64,000 nt of DNA from Proteromonas lacertae (Eukaryota), in NCBI GenBank assembly GCA_002245135.1, contig NGBS01000297.1, positions 124,001 to 188,000 of the forward strand. The letters run 5' to 3'. The notes beneath the pieces are model-generated. The model saw nothing but the letters and a program-made list of their open reading frames with translations. It had not been told where the DNA came from and did no database searches. Position 1 is the first letter of the stretch, and each line of letters opens with the position of its first letter. A program made the position numbers and the translations under genes. Below, piece by piece: positions 12,946-26,047 of this stretch.

Positions 12946-14505
12946 TTAAAAGTAACAATTTCCTTGAACTCTAACTACAGGCGTAACATCTCTAATGTTA
13001 TCAATTCCAGTGATATATTGAACTAATCTTTCAAATCCTAATCCAAAACCACTATGAGGAACACTTCCATACTTTCTTAAATTCAAATACCAATTCAATT
13101 TATTGGATACATCTAAACTTTCATCAATTAAGTTCAATTTCAACATTTTATCTCTTAATCTATCATAATCAGCTTCTCTCTCGCTTCCTCCTATTAATTC
13201 ACCTAACTGTGGAAATAAACAATCAACACAACTCACTGTCTTACCATCGTCATTCTCTTTCATATAAAATGGTTTTATTTCTTTTGGATAATTAATAACA
13301 TACACTGGACCTTTGATTATTTTTTCACTCAAATACTTTTCATGTTCAGTATTTAATCCTTCACTGTAAATCAAAGGAAATGTAAAGTTGTCTTTTTTAT
13401 CTTTTAACAATTTAAATGCTTCATCATAATGTTATAACACTAAAGTCTTTTTTAACATCATTCTCTAGTCTTGTTTTTACATTTTGATTTATTGTCTTTA
13501 TACAGTAATTTATTTCTTCTTGACAATTGTTCAATATGTTTGTGAAAATGTGTTTAAATAATCCACATGATAATGAAATAACATCATTTAAATCACCAAA
13601 TGCAATTTCTGGTTCTAACATCCAAAATTCACTTAAATGCTAATGATAATATAAAATAATAACAAATCTATACTCTCTTAGTATGTGAATTTTCTGCTCT
13701 AAATGTTGGACCAAATGAATAAACATATTTCAATGAACTAGCAAATAATTCTGCTTCTAATTGACCAGAAACAGTCAAATAAACAGAATTGGGAAAATAA
13801 TGAGTTTTATTATCATCAAGTAATCTATTATTTATTCTATTTTATAAATTAATTAATCATTATTATTATACTCAAAAGCTTCACCAGCTCCTTCACAATC
13901 ATTGGATGTTAATATTGGACATTGAACATTATAAAATCCATATTTATGTAAATAGTCATGAATTGATTTTATACATTCATCTCTAATTTTCATTACCATC
14001 ATTCCACTTTTACTTCTATATCTTATTTGTGTATTATCTCTTAAGAATTCCATTCTGTGATATTTCTTTTGCAATGGATAAGACTCATCACTTTTACCTA
14101 TTAATTTGATTTGTTTGGCTTGAATTTCACGAGAATGTAACATCTAATAAAAATTACAATAATTATTACAATACATTTGGTTTTGGATTCTTAGTTAAAG
14201 TCCCTACTATTTCTACACTACATCCATTTGTTATATTTGATGTATCCATATTCATACATGTAATCTATTTAAAAAATCATTTATAAATAAAATATACTTG
14301 AAATCCTTCAACCTAAACTACCATCATTAATATTTATAAATGACAAATTTTTGTGCTTTCTTATAGATCTAACCCAGCCTTTTGCAACTACATCTTCATT
14401 TAAAGGTATTTTTCGTAAATCTGATAGTCTAGTAAATTTCTTATCCAAATCCTTTAAACAAACTGTATTTATACATCTTTTATATATTTTTGAAAATGAT
14501 AACAT
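12946..14505 (-). CDS. NARS2: Asparaginyl-tRNA synthetase, bacterial/mitochondrial type, with N-terminal targeting-like extension
   Basis: [80 protein letters not shown]. +1 break near 13428. Confidence 0.93.
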
Positions 14506-14595
14506 CTTATTTAGAGAAATTTCAGTCTTTTGAATTAGTTGGGGTATGAAAACTTTTTTCATCCCTAAATTCTATTTGTGTTGTTTTTATGTTAA

Positions 14596-15591
14596 ATGAG
14601 TAGACTTGGAAGGTATATATTATTGTTCATTTATTGTTATCGTTTATTTATGTGAATCTAATAATTATATACAATTCATAACACTTTATTTACAAATGTT
14701 TTATGTTTATTGATATAGCTATAATAGTAAACTTGAATGTGATAATTTAGACAGAATCAAATTAAAAATTAAAGAATGTATTCATAGAATAGTTAATTTC
14801 TAGTTTTAGAGTCTTCAGACAGCGAAACAGATTCTGAATTTCAAAAGCCTGAGTATTGTTGTTGTTCAAAATGTTATCTTCCAAATGGTAAGAACTGTGT
14901 ATGTTTAATTCCATTTTGGAAGAGAAAGGCTGATATACGAAAAACAGGCTGTTTTGCATGTAAATGTAAAGGATGTCATCCTCTAGAAATAGCCAGAATA
15001 AAAGCAATTAAAAGGTATTAACACACATTTTGTTAATTCTATAATAGAGTAAAAGAAATGCATGAAGTTCATAAAAATTATATCAAAAATAAAGGACTTA
15101 GATCATATTCACCACCATCATCTTCATCCTCTTCTTCTCACTCAAGATCTCGTTCAAGATCACACTCTAGATCGCGTTCTCCTCCTACAAAGAAAAGATC
15201 AATCTCAAAATCAAAGAAAGAAATAGAAAAAAATCCCTCCTCCTCCAAGAAACCAGAAAAAGAAGTTAAAAAATCCAAAAGAACATGCTTCATTATCATC
15301 ATCTTCTTCTTCATCTTCTCGATCTTCCAGTAGATCTTCATCCTCTTCTAGATCCGTTATCAATATTCACCTTCTCCTGTAAAATATAATGTAGTCACAG
15401 AACAACTACCTATTCCAGTAATAAAAGATGAAGAAGAAGAAGAAGGAGAAGTAAAGGAAGAAGATGTTAAAAAAGAAGAAGAAGTAAAAAGTGTAGAAGA
15501 AGTAAAAGAGGATGAGAATAAAGAAGATAAAGAAAATAAAGAAAATATAGTTGTTGATAAAAGTGATAGTGGTAAAAATAAAGATGAGTAA
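14596..15591 (+). CDS. Hypothetical protein: Cys cluster, RS-rich region and acidic tail
   Basis: Spliced CVCLIP...GCFACKCKGCHP, SRSRSRSHSRSRSP and Glu-rich C-terminus. Frame breaks near 15280 (+1) and 15352 (back to the original frame). Confidence 0.55.
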
Positions 15592-15722
15592 CATATAAAC
15601 AAATAATATAATTTTCTGTTTTCATTTTTCCATTTCTTTTTACATTATAAAAAAACAATGACAAAAAGTAAGTTATTAAATTAAATAATTACTCCTATTT
15701 ATATCTTACAAGAAAATTTATA

Positions 15723-16820
15723 TTATGTATTACCAGGTGTTTCTTTTATATTATTATCAGCATTATCAGAATCTTCAGGAACAATGATCGACTTCTTATA
15801 TCTATTTCTCGCAGTTGTAACTGTAGAATATTTCATTTTTTCATCAGGTTTATATGTAAATGTAGTAGCAGTAGTATTCATCTCTGTTTCTTCTACTCTA
15901 TTCTGATCCCAGACATAAGTATGCTGCTGTTCTAGAATAATCTCTAAACATTCCATTATTCCATCACCAAATTGTATTAGATAGGATGCTAATGCAAATT
16001 TCTGTTCTTTCCCCACATCTTCTGTTACTGGTTCAAAATCGAAGTAATATGGATGAGGACCTTTGCTTTTAACCCATTGAATATATCTACAGGGAGATAA
16101 TGGCGGAAATTTACCATGTTCATGTTTATAGGTTAATATATGATCTAAATTTTGAACTTTTTCATTCATTACTTCCCAATGTGAAGGAGTAAACATTAGT
16201 GTGGTTATTGCATATCTAAATTGAATCATTATGTCAAAAATGGAGCGGTTTTTATCTGCAAATGTCATGTATTCATCGTAGGTTAAATAACCTTTCTGAT
16301 CTTTATCATATACTTGAAAAAGAGGAAAAACTAAATTTGGTTTGTATCTACGATCAGCTTCTAGAATTCCAATCAGCTTGTTTAAATCTTGAACTGTGAT
16401 TTTATTATAATTTACATTAGGTACTAGCATCAAAGAGCAAGCACTCAACAGTTCATCATCTATATTGGAAAAGAATATACAGAGCTGTATGAATTCAGTA
16501 AAATTTGTTGATTTATCTATAATCGTATATAATTTCTTTTATATACTGTGAAAAAGTGTGTGTATAAATTTTGCACGTCCTGGAAATATTTCTGTCCATT
16601 TCGTGACAGTTATTTCATTTGAACTAGTGATATTATAAAATGATTCATATACTTGTCACTTTGCTTTTTAAAAACCTGCTGTAGAGCATGTAGCTCATAA
16701 TCACTGTCTAAAAAATATTATATAAGCCATACAATAAGAAAGTCTTAATAAAAAGATTGCACTTTCATCCAGTTGGTATTTAACTAGAAGTTTCACTTCT
16801 TTTTCTGTTAAAACATCCAT
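15723..16820 (-). CDS. EF-hand protein, uncharacterised family (paralog 1)
   Basis: YDKDQKGYLTYDEY EF-hand; C-terminal motif block shared with 31513-32580. Confidence 0.7.
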
Positions 16821-17071
16821 AGTGTATTAATTTATTATATTCTTAGAACATAAAAGGTTTTTATTTCTAAACGAACTTTTTTTCAGATCTGATCGGGTAT
16901 AACCTGAGGCTAATTTTATATGAAAAGTCTAATATTTTGCTTCACTGGTGGTTTTTCACAATATATTGAATACTCTGATGTTATAAAAGTTAGAAAGCTT
17001 TTTAGACGTATTAAATATAAAATTTGTAAAGCTTTATTCAAGAGAAATAGTTCCAAAAAAATAAAAAAGAA

Positions 17072-17144
17072 AGCCACGTGGGAGGATCGAACTCTCGACC
17101 TTCCGCTTACTAAGCGGGTGCTCTACCAACTGAGCTAACGGGGC
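17072..17144 (-). tRNA. tRNA-Thr(AGT)
   Basis: 73-nt cloverleaf GCCCCGTTAGCTCAGTTGGTAGAGC...CCGC TT AGT AA GCGG...GTTCGATCC...ACGTGGCT, followed by an oligo-T terminator; three stem mismatches. Confidence 0.88.
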
Positions 17145-17566
17145 TCATGTTATTTTGTTGATATTACCTTGTATGAACCTAAAAATGTATGTTTTGTTCT
17201 TTATTTCTCACTATAAACAAAATTTAATGCAATAGTAGTACTGGATTGATAAATTTGGCTATTGTGGCACAGTATAAGAATGTTAATAGGTTATATATTA
17301 TAGAAGATAAATATGTAGTGTGTTAATAGGTTTATGTCTATAAAAATCGTTTATTATGTGCATATAAAGTATGAAACTGTCTATTAGATATAGCAATAGC
17401 GATATTAGTATTAATTCGGAAAAATTACTTCTAAAGTGGTTATAATCGTCGATTAGTGGAATATAGTTCAACATTTTTCTTCAAATAGTTGTATAAACGT
17501 TCTTTATGAAATGATGTGAATGTAAAGTCTAAAAACAGAAAACCACGACTTTTTCTTATATTGCAA

Positions 17567-18920
17567 ATGAAAATATTAATAATTTTTAGAATATTATTCA
17601 TATTAACATTCCAATTGGTATATGTAAACTGTATATATGAAGGGAAATTGCATTTAGATTCAGATGGAAGATTTAAAATTGCCCAAGTATTTATAATTCT
17701 ATATTTTTCTATTTCTATATATAGTTTACTGATATGCATTATTGTAAAGAAAGAGATTTAAACAGAAAAACAACAGACTTACAAAAGAAAGTAATTGAAA
17801 CAGAAAAGCCAAATTTCATTATCTACACAGGGGATATGATATCTGGTGAAGAATACAACCAATGGATTGATTGGTTAATAAATCCAGGATGGTTTAGGAA
17901 GAAATGGCAAGAATATAGTTCAATTCCAAAAAATAATAAAATTCCCTATAGTATAGTAATGGGTAATCATGATTTAAACTCTCATTTACCAGGTGATATG
18001 ATTGTAGATATGGATAGAAATAATCCTTATTCGTTAACAAAACATAGTCCCAAAGGTGTCAAAGGATCTACCAATGTATAATATAATGATTATTATTATT
18101 ATTATGATCTATTAGTATGTTTTACCAGTTTATGAATATGAAGGAAAGAATGTTGTTTTATATTTATGGGTATTTGATTCACAAACATATTCATGTGAAA
18201 AAGATGAAAAAATGTGTGGATCAATTCATAAAACTGCAATTGATTGGTATAAAAAAGAAACTGAAAAGAATTATAAGAAACATAAAAGACATATTCCTGG
18301 ATTGGCATTCTTTCATATTCCTACATCTGAATATGCTGAAGAATTTAAAAACGTATAAATTTTTAATATATTATTTAGATTTATAATGTTAGAGGAGATA
18401 TACAAGAAAGTGTATCTTGTCCACTTACTAATAATGGATTTATTGATACTTTAAAAGAATATGGAAATATAAAAGCTACATTCTGTGGTCACAATCATTT
18501 AAATGATTATGTTATTAATTATAAAGGTTTATTGTTATATTATGGTAGAATTAGTGGATATTGTGGTTATGAAAAAACATATTTTAAGTATAATATATAT
18601 TTTTTATTAATAGTAATGTTAAAGGAAGTAGAATAATAGAATATGATGGATATAGTGAACAAATTAACAGTTGGATTCGTGAAGAAGATGGAAAGAAAGT
18701 AAACCAACAAAGAACTGGATTAGTATTTGATGAACATTGTAATGTTCCTTATGAAAATATGAATAACTCAATAGCAACTTTAGTTATCATAATTATAGCT
18801 GCTATTGTTACTGTTTCATTAATTACATTAACTATATTCATGATTAGAAGGAAAGTAATTAAACAGAAGTATGAAATTTTGTTGAAAGCTCAAAGTAATG
18901 AGGGAAATGTGAATGTATAA
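17567..18920 (+). CDS. Calcineurin-like metallophosphoesterase, Dcr2/PAP14-like, with signal peptide and C-terminal TM
   Basis: FKIAQFTDMH, IIYTGDMI, MGNHD, LAFFHIP, FCGHNHLNDY, GSRIIE. Confidence 0.88.
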
Positions 18921-19114
18921 AATGTTTATTAATGTATAATGTTTATATTTTATTTTTGTTATATTTTTATGGATATTTATAAAATTCTAATTATTACAAC
19001 AATATAATGAGTATGACATAAATTATTTAGAAATGAAAGAATCAAACTTGTTTGATTTTCTATTTCTTTTTTTTCTATTTAATCATTCGTTTTCAAAGTA
19101 AATAGTAATTCAAT

Positions 19115-19945
19115 ATGTTGGAAGATCAATTCAACATCTGTTTCTTGGATTTTATGGATAGTAATTGCTTATATAATACTCTTCCCAGCGTATTAGCTTA
19201 ATCGAAATAATTCTATAGAAAATTACCATTTGTTTGGACAATGAGATCAATATTTTACATCATAGTTGGTTGGTTTGATAGAATGTTCTTTAATTCTGAT
19301 CCTTGTATATATTTATCATATTAATCGTTCAGTATTCTCTCGAATATGGGGCATTTGTTGGTTTGAAGATGTTGACACTAAATTTCACATGAAAGAAACG
19401 TATACTATATTATAATCATTCAATTTAGAGCAATTCTTCAATTTTTTGATTTTGGAAGATATGCATTTGGTTCCAAATGTGTAGGAATAAAAGAGATGTT
19501 TGTAGATTTCCATATTGTTGGTTCTCTTCATTGTCAATTCTATGGACCTGTTTATCCATTCGAAATATTTTGGATTGAAACAAAAGTGATATTTGTTGAT
19601 AGAAAATGGTGGTTAGTAGAACAAAAATTTATTACAAAGACTGGAGTTCATTGTGTTTCACTAGTTAAAATGATTTTCAAGCAGAAATGCGGTAAAACTA
19701 TTTATTCATATGAAGCACAACCAACTATAGTAAATTCTGTATTATTTTTATTTATTTATTATTAATAGTCACATCCTTATGATGGAGAAAAGAAATTAGA
19801 TGATGCTTGGCTGAGATTAGAATCTTATAGAGGAGGATTTATAGATAGTAATTATATTGGGGATACTGAAACTCCCAGAACTCCAATCACTCCTATTACT
19901 CCTGTTCCACCTATGACTCCAATAACATTTGAACAAAAATCATGA
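19115..19945 (+). CDS. THEM6-like hotdog-fold thioesterase (divergent)
   Basis: Spliced CWFEDVDTKFHM...FFDFGRY...GPVYPFEIFWIETKVIFVDRKWWLVEQKF; start codon uncertain. Confidence 0.6.
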
Positions 19946-20141
19946 TAAATTGTTAATCTAAAAGTAATATATAAATGATAATAATAATTATTTTAATTTG
20001 CTTTTGATTGAATTTTTAGGTTTGATTGAGATAGCTATGTCGATATAATAACTTATGATGGTTGGAAAGTTCAGTATTCTTCTTAATTATTCAAATAAAA
20101 AATACTTAAAACGAATATATTTTCGATATTTTGATTTTTAA

Positions 20142-23100
20142 ATGTATTGTATAGAAAAAACACTATCAGTAGTGTTACCACATGATATTCAAGTATTTAA
20201 ATTGATTAATTTGTATAGATAAAGGAAAGAGTAGAAAAGAGTGATATTGAAGTTGATTTGACAGTACAGAATGTTAATAGTCTTAAAACGATTAAAATTT
20301 TAAATATTAATGGAATAAAAGAAAAGAAGATACTAAAATTCTTAGAGAATAACTCACTTTTGTTAGATTGTTGTAAATCAGTCATTTATACTTTAGAAGT
20401 CCATATGATCGGAGGTAATATGATGAAATTAGAAAGAGACTATTATGTGAGAGACTCATGAAGAGATTATTCGAAAGTGACTCCCTTTCAAGCGATGATA
20501 TTTGTAATGTCATTTCGTTCAATGTGTGATGTTTTAATGATATTAAATGAGAATGATTTAGTGATAAGCAATTTAAAGAGTAGTAACATAGTATTTGAAG
20601 ATAATAACAATATGAAGATATGTGATTTATTCTTAAATGTGTTGAGAAAAGAAGAAGATATGAGATTATATGATGTGAATTTCAAATCTCCAGAAGAGTT
20701 GAATGGATTAGAATGTAATGATCAAAGTGTGATTTGGTCAATTGGTTGTATATTATATGAAATGATTAATAAGAGATTACCATTTAATGAAGATGAAAAT
20801 ATAATGAAAACAAAAGAGAATATTCTGATATGTAAATACAAGTTTAGATGTAGAATGTGATGATATGATGAAAGAAATAATAGATAGAATGTTAAAAGTG
20901 AAGAGTAAAGATAGAATGAGTTTGAATGAGTTGAAAAAAGAAATGATAAAAATGAGTGAAATAATGAAAGATGGAGATGTATATTTGATGATATGTGAAG
21001 AAAGAAAAGAAACTCTATATACAAATATTAAAGATATTCTAAAATATCCAATCATATATCCAGCAAAATACTATCTAAAAGGTTATATATGGAGAGGAAT
21101 TTCAGATTGGTTAATAGAGTTATACAACAAGAAACACAATATAAGAATACTATCAATACTTTTTATGATGAAATTGTATAATGAAGATAAATCAATAAAC
21201 AATAAACTGAAATATCAATTTATTTGTAATTGTAAACAAGAAAAAATATGTTATTTAGATGAAATGTTTTTTAATACCAAAGTTGAATTTGATAATTGTG
21301 ATAAAGAAATTATCAGAATTGATACAAAATGTATTTGTGAATGTGAAAATGGTGTTACTTATTTGTTTAGAATATTGAATAACATCAATCCAAAAAAGCT
21401 TGAATTTGGTATTGTTTTGGAAATTTTATTGTTTAGGATATTATGGATTTCATATGTCAATTAAACATCAATCATTATTTGGATCGTTATTCTATCGCCT
21501 ATCGAATCTTCTAGAATTATATTTATCACAATGCCAACTTACTTCTTCTTTTATTAAAATGTTTGTTAAAGCAATTGCATTTATGAAATTAGAACATGTA
21601 CATCTTTCATGTATGTATAATTCTGATGTTATATTTGTATTGAAATAGACAATCCAATAGGTCCAAAAGGATTCAGATTGCTACTTCCTTATTTGCATTT
21701 ATTAATCAACAAAAAGCATGAATTGAATCTAGGAGGAATGAATTTAAATGATGAAACAATGATATTATTATCAAAAGAATTACATAAATATCCAAACCTT
21801 AAAAAAATAGATATTAAATGTAATTGCATTTACTCAAAAGGATTAAAAGCCATATTCTCTAGATTTCCTATTTCAAGAATTAGATTTGATATTAGTGGAA
21901 GTAATAAAGAATTATTGATTGATAAAGACATTCCAGAATTGATCAAATATATAAAAAGTGAATATGTTGATGATAAATTAAGTTTATATAAATTTGAAAT
22001 GGATGATGATTTCTTTAAATCATTCATTTCATTAAGATCAAATGAATTAAAAGGAATAAAAGAGATGGACTTGAGTAGTATTATTTGATTTTTATTTCTA
22101 TTATAAATAGATAATAAACTAACATCTAAAAGCATAGAAACGCTTGATTGACAATTTATCTACGCTGTCAAGTCTCAATCATCTTGAAATGTATGGAAAT
22201 GAAATAGGAGATGAAGGAATGAGATTATTTTCTTCTCATATACATTTATTAGAAAGTTATTCGGGAATAAAATGTTCAAGTATATTACTATTTATACAAT
22301 ATGTAATAGAAATGGGATTATCTTCGCTTGGATTAAAATATCTAATTGATGGTTTAAAAGGTTTTACTAAAATAAATATTAATAGTATATGTTATAGATT
22401 ATATTTATTTAATAGAAAATCCAATCGGTAATGATGGAATTAAATTAGTGAAAGAGAGATTGAAAATGTTAGTATGTAATTCTTTTAAAATGAATCTAAG
22501 TAACACATCTATTGATGATGAAAGTGTTATTCTTTTATCAAAAAAAGTACATTTACTTGGTACATGTGAAACAATAAATCTAAAAGGAAATAATATTAGA
22601 ATGAAAGGATTAAAATCAATTTGTTTCAAATCATTAGAAAATGAAGATTATCCATTTATTAGTATGAATAATCCCTCCTGGACAAATGAAGAATTGGAAT
22701 ATTATCTGAATTATTGTATTAAGAAAGAAAGAAGAGATTATCTTGATGAAAAACAATATGATTTTTCAAGTATATATACTATATTTAATAATATATTAGA
22801 CTTAAATATTAATGATTCGCATATTTTATTGATTAAACAGATTAATTATAAATTTCTTGATTTATCCAGTAATAGAATTACTACAAAAGGATTAAGAGAG
22901 TTAATGAATGACTCATTAAAAGATAGGAGTTATATTTCAATAAATAATAATCCAATTAGAGATTCAGGAATAGAGGTTATAAGCAAATATTTAGACAAAT
23001 TTGTTAAACATTTACAATCATCATTAAACCTTTCAAGTAATTTCAAAATATGCTATAATTTTATAATTTGAATAGATATTGGAATGACTGAAAAGGGATT

Positions 23101-23320
23101 AAAAATGCTAATAGAAAGATTAAAAGATTATAAGCCATTGTCAAACATAAACTTAACAAGAAATGAAATAGGTAAAAAAGAACTAAAATTGATGAAAGAG
23201 AATGAAGAAGTATTTACAGATTTAAAAGAATTATCAATAACAATAAAAAAAGATATAGATAAAATAGAATTAAATTCATTTCTAAAAACATTTTCATCGA
23301 TTGGAAGAATAATATTTTGA
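20142..23320 (+). CDS. Pseudokinase + leucine-rich repeat (RI/NLRC3-like) protein; possibly a pseudogene
   Basis: VISNLKSSNI, KICDLF, KSPEE, IWSIGCILYEM followed by LRRs (NEIGDEGMRLF, NPIGNDGIKL). In-frame TGA at 20459-20461; +1 breaks near 20843 and 22144. Confidence 0.75.
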
Positions 23321-23406
23321 TGATGAATAACTATATAATATTATTACATTCTATTACGTTATTCAAAAAACAACAAAACAATACATTTTAAAATAATATA
23401 TATAAA

Positions 23407-24451
23407 TTACATATAAATAATATTCAAAAAGCCAGCAGATTTCAAGTATCTTGGTTCAACTTTCTTTCGATAAGTAACTTTAAATGGAGGAGGTTGTGGA
23501 AATATTGGTAATGTTGGTGTAATATTATAAAAATCATGTTTTGACAATTCCTTTGTTTTATCCCTAACTCTATACTCTTTAAGTGGTGGTTTGAACTTTT
23601 CAGTTGCATTAATAGGTGGAAAATCAGGTTGATGTGTACAGGAATATATTAATGCGTTATTCTGATATGAAGTTCGTAGATCAACTGAATTTCCATACTT
23701 TTTGAATAAAGGACCAACCCATTTTGATTTTACATCTGGTCTTACTTCCGGAATAAGTGGTCCTGGGCCTGATTCGGATGTACTTGTTAATCGGAGTGAT
23801 GATACTGTATCATTTACTCTTTCTGCTTCACTTCTTGAAACATATTTCATTGGCGGATTTATTTCTTTATTTCTTTCTCTTTCTCTTAGTTCAAATGGCT
23901 TGAATCGATATATTGGTTGTTGTATTCGAGGCTATTATTATATTATATTTATTATTTATACCACATCGTTGAAATGATGTGTTAATTCCATTGATCTTGT
24001 TTTTCCAAAATCATAAACACCTCCACCATGATAGTATGCTCTGATTGGTATTCTTGTTCCTGTTATATTTGGATTGCCTAACTCTTTTGTCTTATCTCTA
24101 TCTCGAAATCTAATTAAATAACAATTAGTGTAATTATTGATACTTATGTTGTGTAGGATGTATCAATGGCACTGCAGTAGTTTCAAACAACTGTTTTGTA
24201 CGTTCTTTATCTTGTTCATATCTTGCAGAATGATTTTCACACATTTCATCTCTAGTACATTGATATAAATTATCATTATTAAAAATACATTGTTTTACCA
24301 TAAATATCTTCAATAAAATCTTCTTCTTTATCAATATCCCAAGAAGCTCCTGTTCTGTAATCCAATTGTTCATTATGCTATTCGATTATGAAATAGAGAT
24401 AAATACAGCTTGTTCTCGCTCAAGTTTTTTGATTGTAAACATGCTATGCAT
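23407..24451 (-). CDS. Hypothetical protein
   Basis: Exons join in frame over short introns (MHSMFTIKKLEREQA...). Confidence 0.55.
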
Positions 24452-24598
24452 CTCAATAAAAACAAAATTAAATAAGAAACGGCAATATTTTATGACCTTC
24501 CATAGTGAAATATTTAAAACCAAAAAACAATAAGATTTAAAATGTCACTATACCATAATTTATGATAGATTACTTAAAAAAAATGTTAAATTAATATC

Positions 24599-25328
24599 TT
24601 ACTGTGTTTCTTCAATATATGTTTTCATAGATTCTTTAATAGCCAAATTCAAAGCATAATTATCAATAGATGCAACAAGATCATAATCTGAAGGTTGCAT
24701 ATGATGATAAGTCATATTATTTGTTGTGGTTTCTAAATAAAAAAATAAAAGATTATGAATTATACCACTAATAGGTGTAGGAGATTGTGGTCTAGATGGT
24801 GCAGGAGTATCTCTTCTTATTGTTCTATTATGTAATCTATCTCTCATCTCATGTATCTTTGATGCATTTGGATTAGAAGATGGAAGAATATATCTACATA
24901 ATGGACATGAATCATGAGTCTAAATTATAATATTTAGTATAAATACACTAAACCATCCTTTTATACAATCTTCATGGAAAGCGTGGTTGCAGGGTAAAAC
25001 AATTGCAGGTGAATTATCAAATTCTTCGATACAAATTGTACATTTTTCATGTTTGAGTATTTTGCGAGGCAATTTAGTGATTACATCCTCTGCAACTGGT
25101 AGATCTGAAGTAAAGATTTGTGCAAATAGGCCAACAGATAATGGATCTGAATTAAATAATTGTGATCTATCATATACACCACTAACTGAATATCTAAAAC
25201 CATTAAGACTATAAAAATCAATACGATCTTGCAATAAATGAAGAGAATATATTTAGCGTTGATTGATTTAATCTGTAACGTTGTAAACTACGAAGAAATG
25301 GTTGAAACTGATAGGATCTGTTCAGCAT
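24599..25328 (-). CDS. RING-H2 E3 ubiquitin ligase with C-terminal UIM-like motif
   Basis: CTICIEEF...LPCNHAFHEDCIKGWF..HDSCPLCRY; LNLAIKESM. 5' exon junction ambiguous. Confidence 0.85.
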
Positions 25329-25392
25329 TTTGAAAAATTTGATTTTTGAAAGTGTTCGGTATAGTTTTGTGTGGTTTTCTAATACTTTAAAA

Positions 25393-25899
25393 ATGATAGT
25401 GAAAGCAGAAGAAAAAGACCTAGATGAAATAATGCGTATAGTTGGATTGATCATCAAAGAGATGAATAGCTACAACAGTCATCAATGGGATGAAAGTTAT
25501 CCTCAAAGAAAGGAATTTATACTTGATTTGCAAAAAGATAGATTGTATGTAGATAAAAACGGGAAAGGAGAATTGAGAGGTGTAGCTGCATTTGTAACTG
25601 AGGATGATCCAGAATATTTAACTCCAGAAGTGAAATGGTTGAGAACATCAAAGCCATTAATCTTGCATAGGTTTATAGTTAGTCCAGAATATAGACATCA
25701 AAAAGTTGGTTCAAATTTTGTGAATTATGCCATAGAATATGCTAAAAAAGAAGGGATTGACCATATTAAAGCTGATACTTATCAAATGAACAAGAATATG
25801 CAAAATTTCTTATTGGCTATGAAATTCCAAAGAATTGAGGGAAATATTCATTTCAGAGGTCCAAATGAAAATTTTTATGGATATGAAATGCTTCTTTAA
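25393..25899 (+). CDS. GNAT N-acetyltransferase, intronless, bacterial type
   Basis: QWDESYP, LHRFIVSPEYRHQKVGS (motif A), IKADTYQMNKNMQNFL..F. Confidence 0.88.
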   Translation: MIVKAEEKDLDEIMRIVGLIIKEMNSYNSHQWDESYPQRKEFILDLQKDRLYVDKNGKGELRGVAAFVTEDDPEYLTPEVKWLRTSKPLILHRFIVSPEYRHQKVGSNFVNYAIEYAKKEGIDHIKADTYQMNKNMQNFLLAMKFQRIEGNIHFRGPNENFYGYEMLL

Positions 25900-26047
25900 T
25901 AGTAAATGATAATTATTTTTTATATTTAAATACATAATAAACAACATTTTTTAAATTTCTTGATATATTTTGATTTATAATAATTATTTTTTTAATTTTC
26001 TTTTTCTGTTACTTAAAACAATTATTAAATAATGATGTATAATTCTT

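Noticed and set aside
14613..14718. Long (~105 nt) first intron as a snoRNA host
   Set aside because: No clear C/D or H/ACA boxes; only a weak AT-rich hairpin.
25218..25285. +1 break in the RING gene 5' region
   Set aside because: A 52-nt intron with a weak GTTAC donor also restores the frame, so it was not counted.
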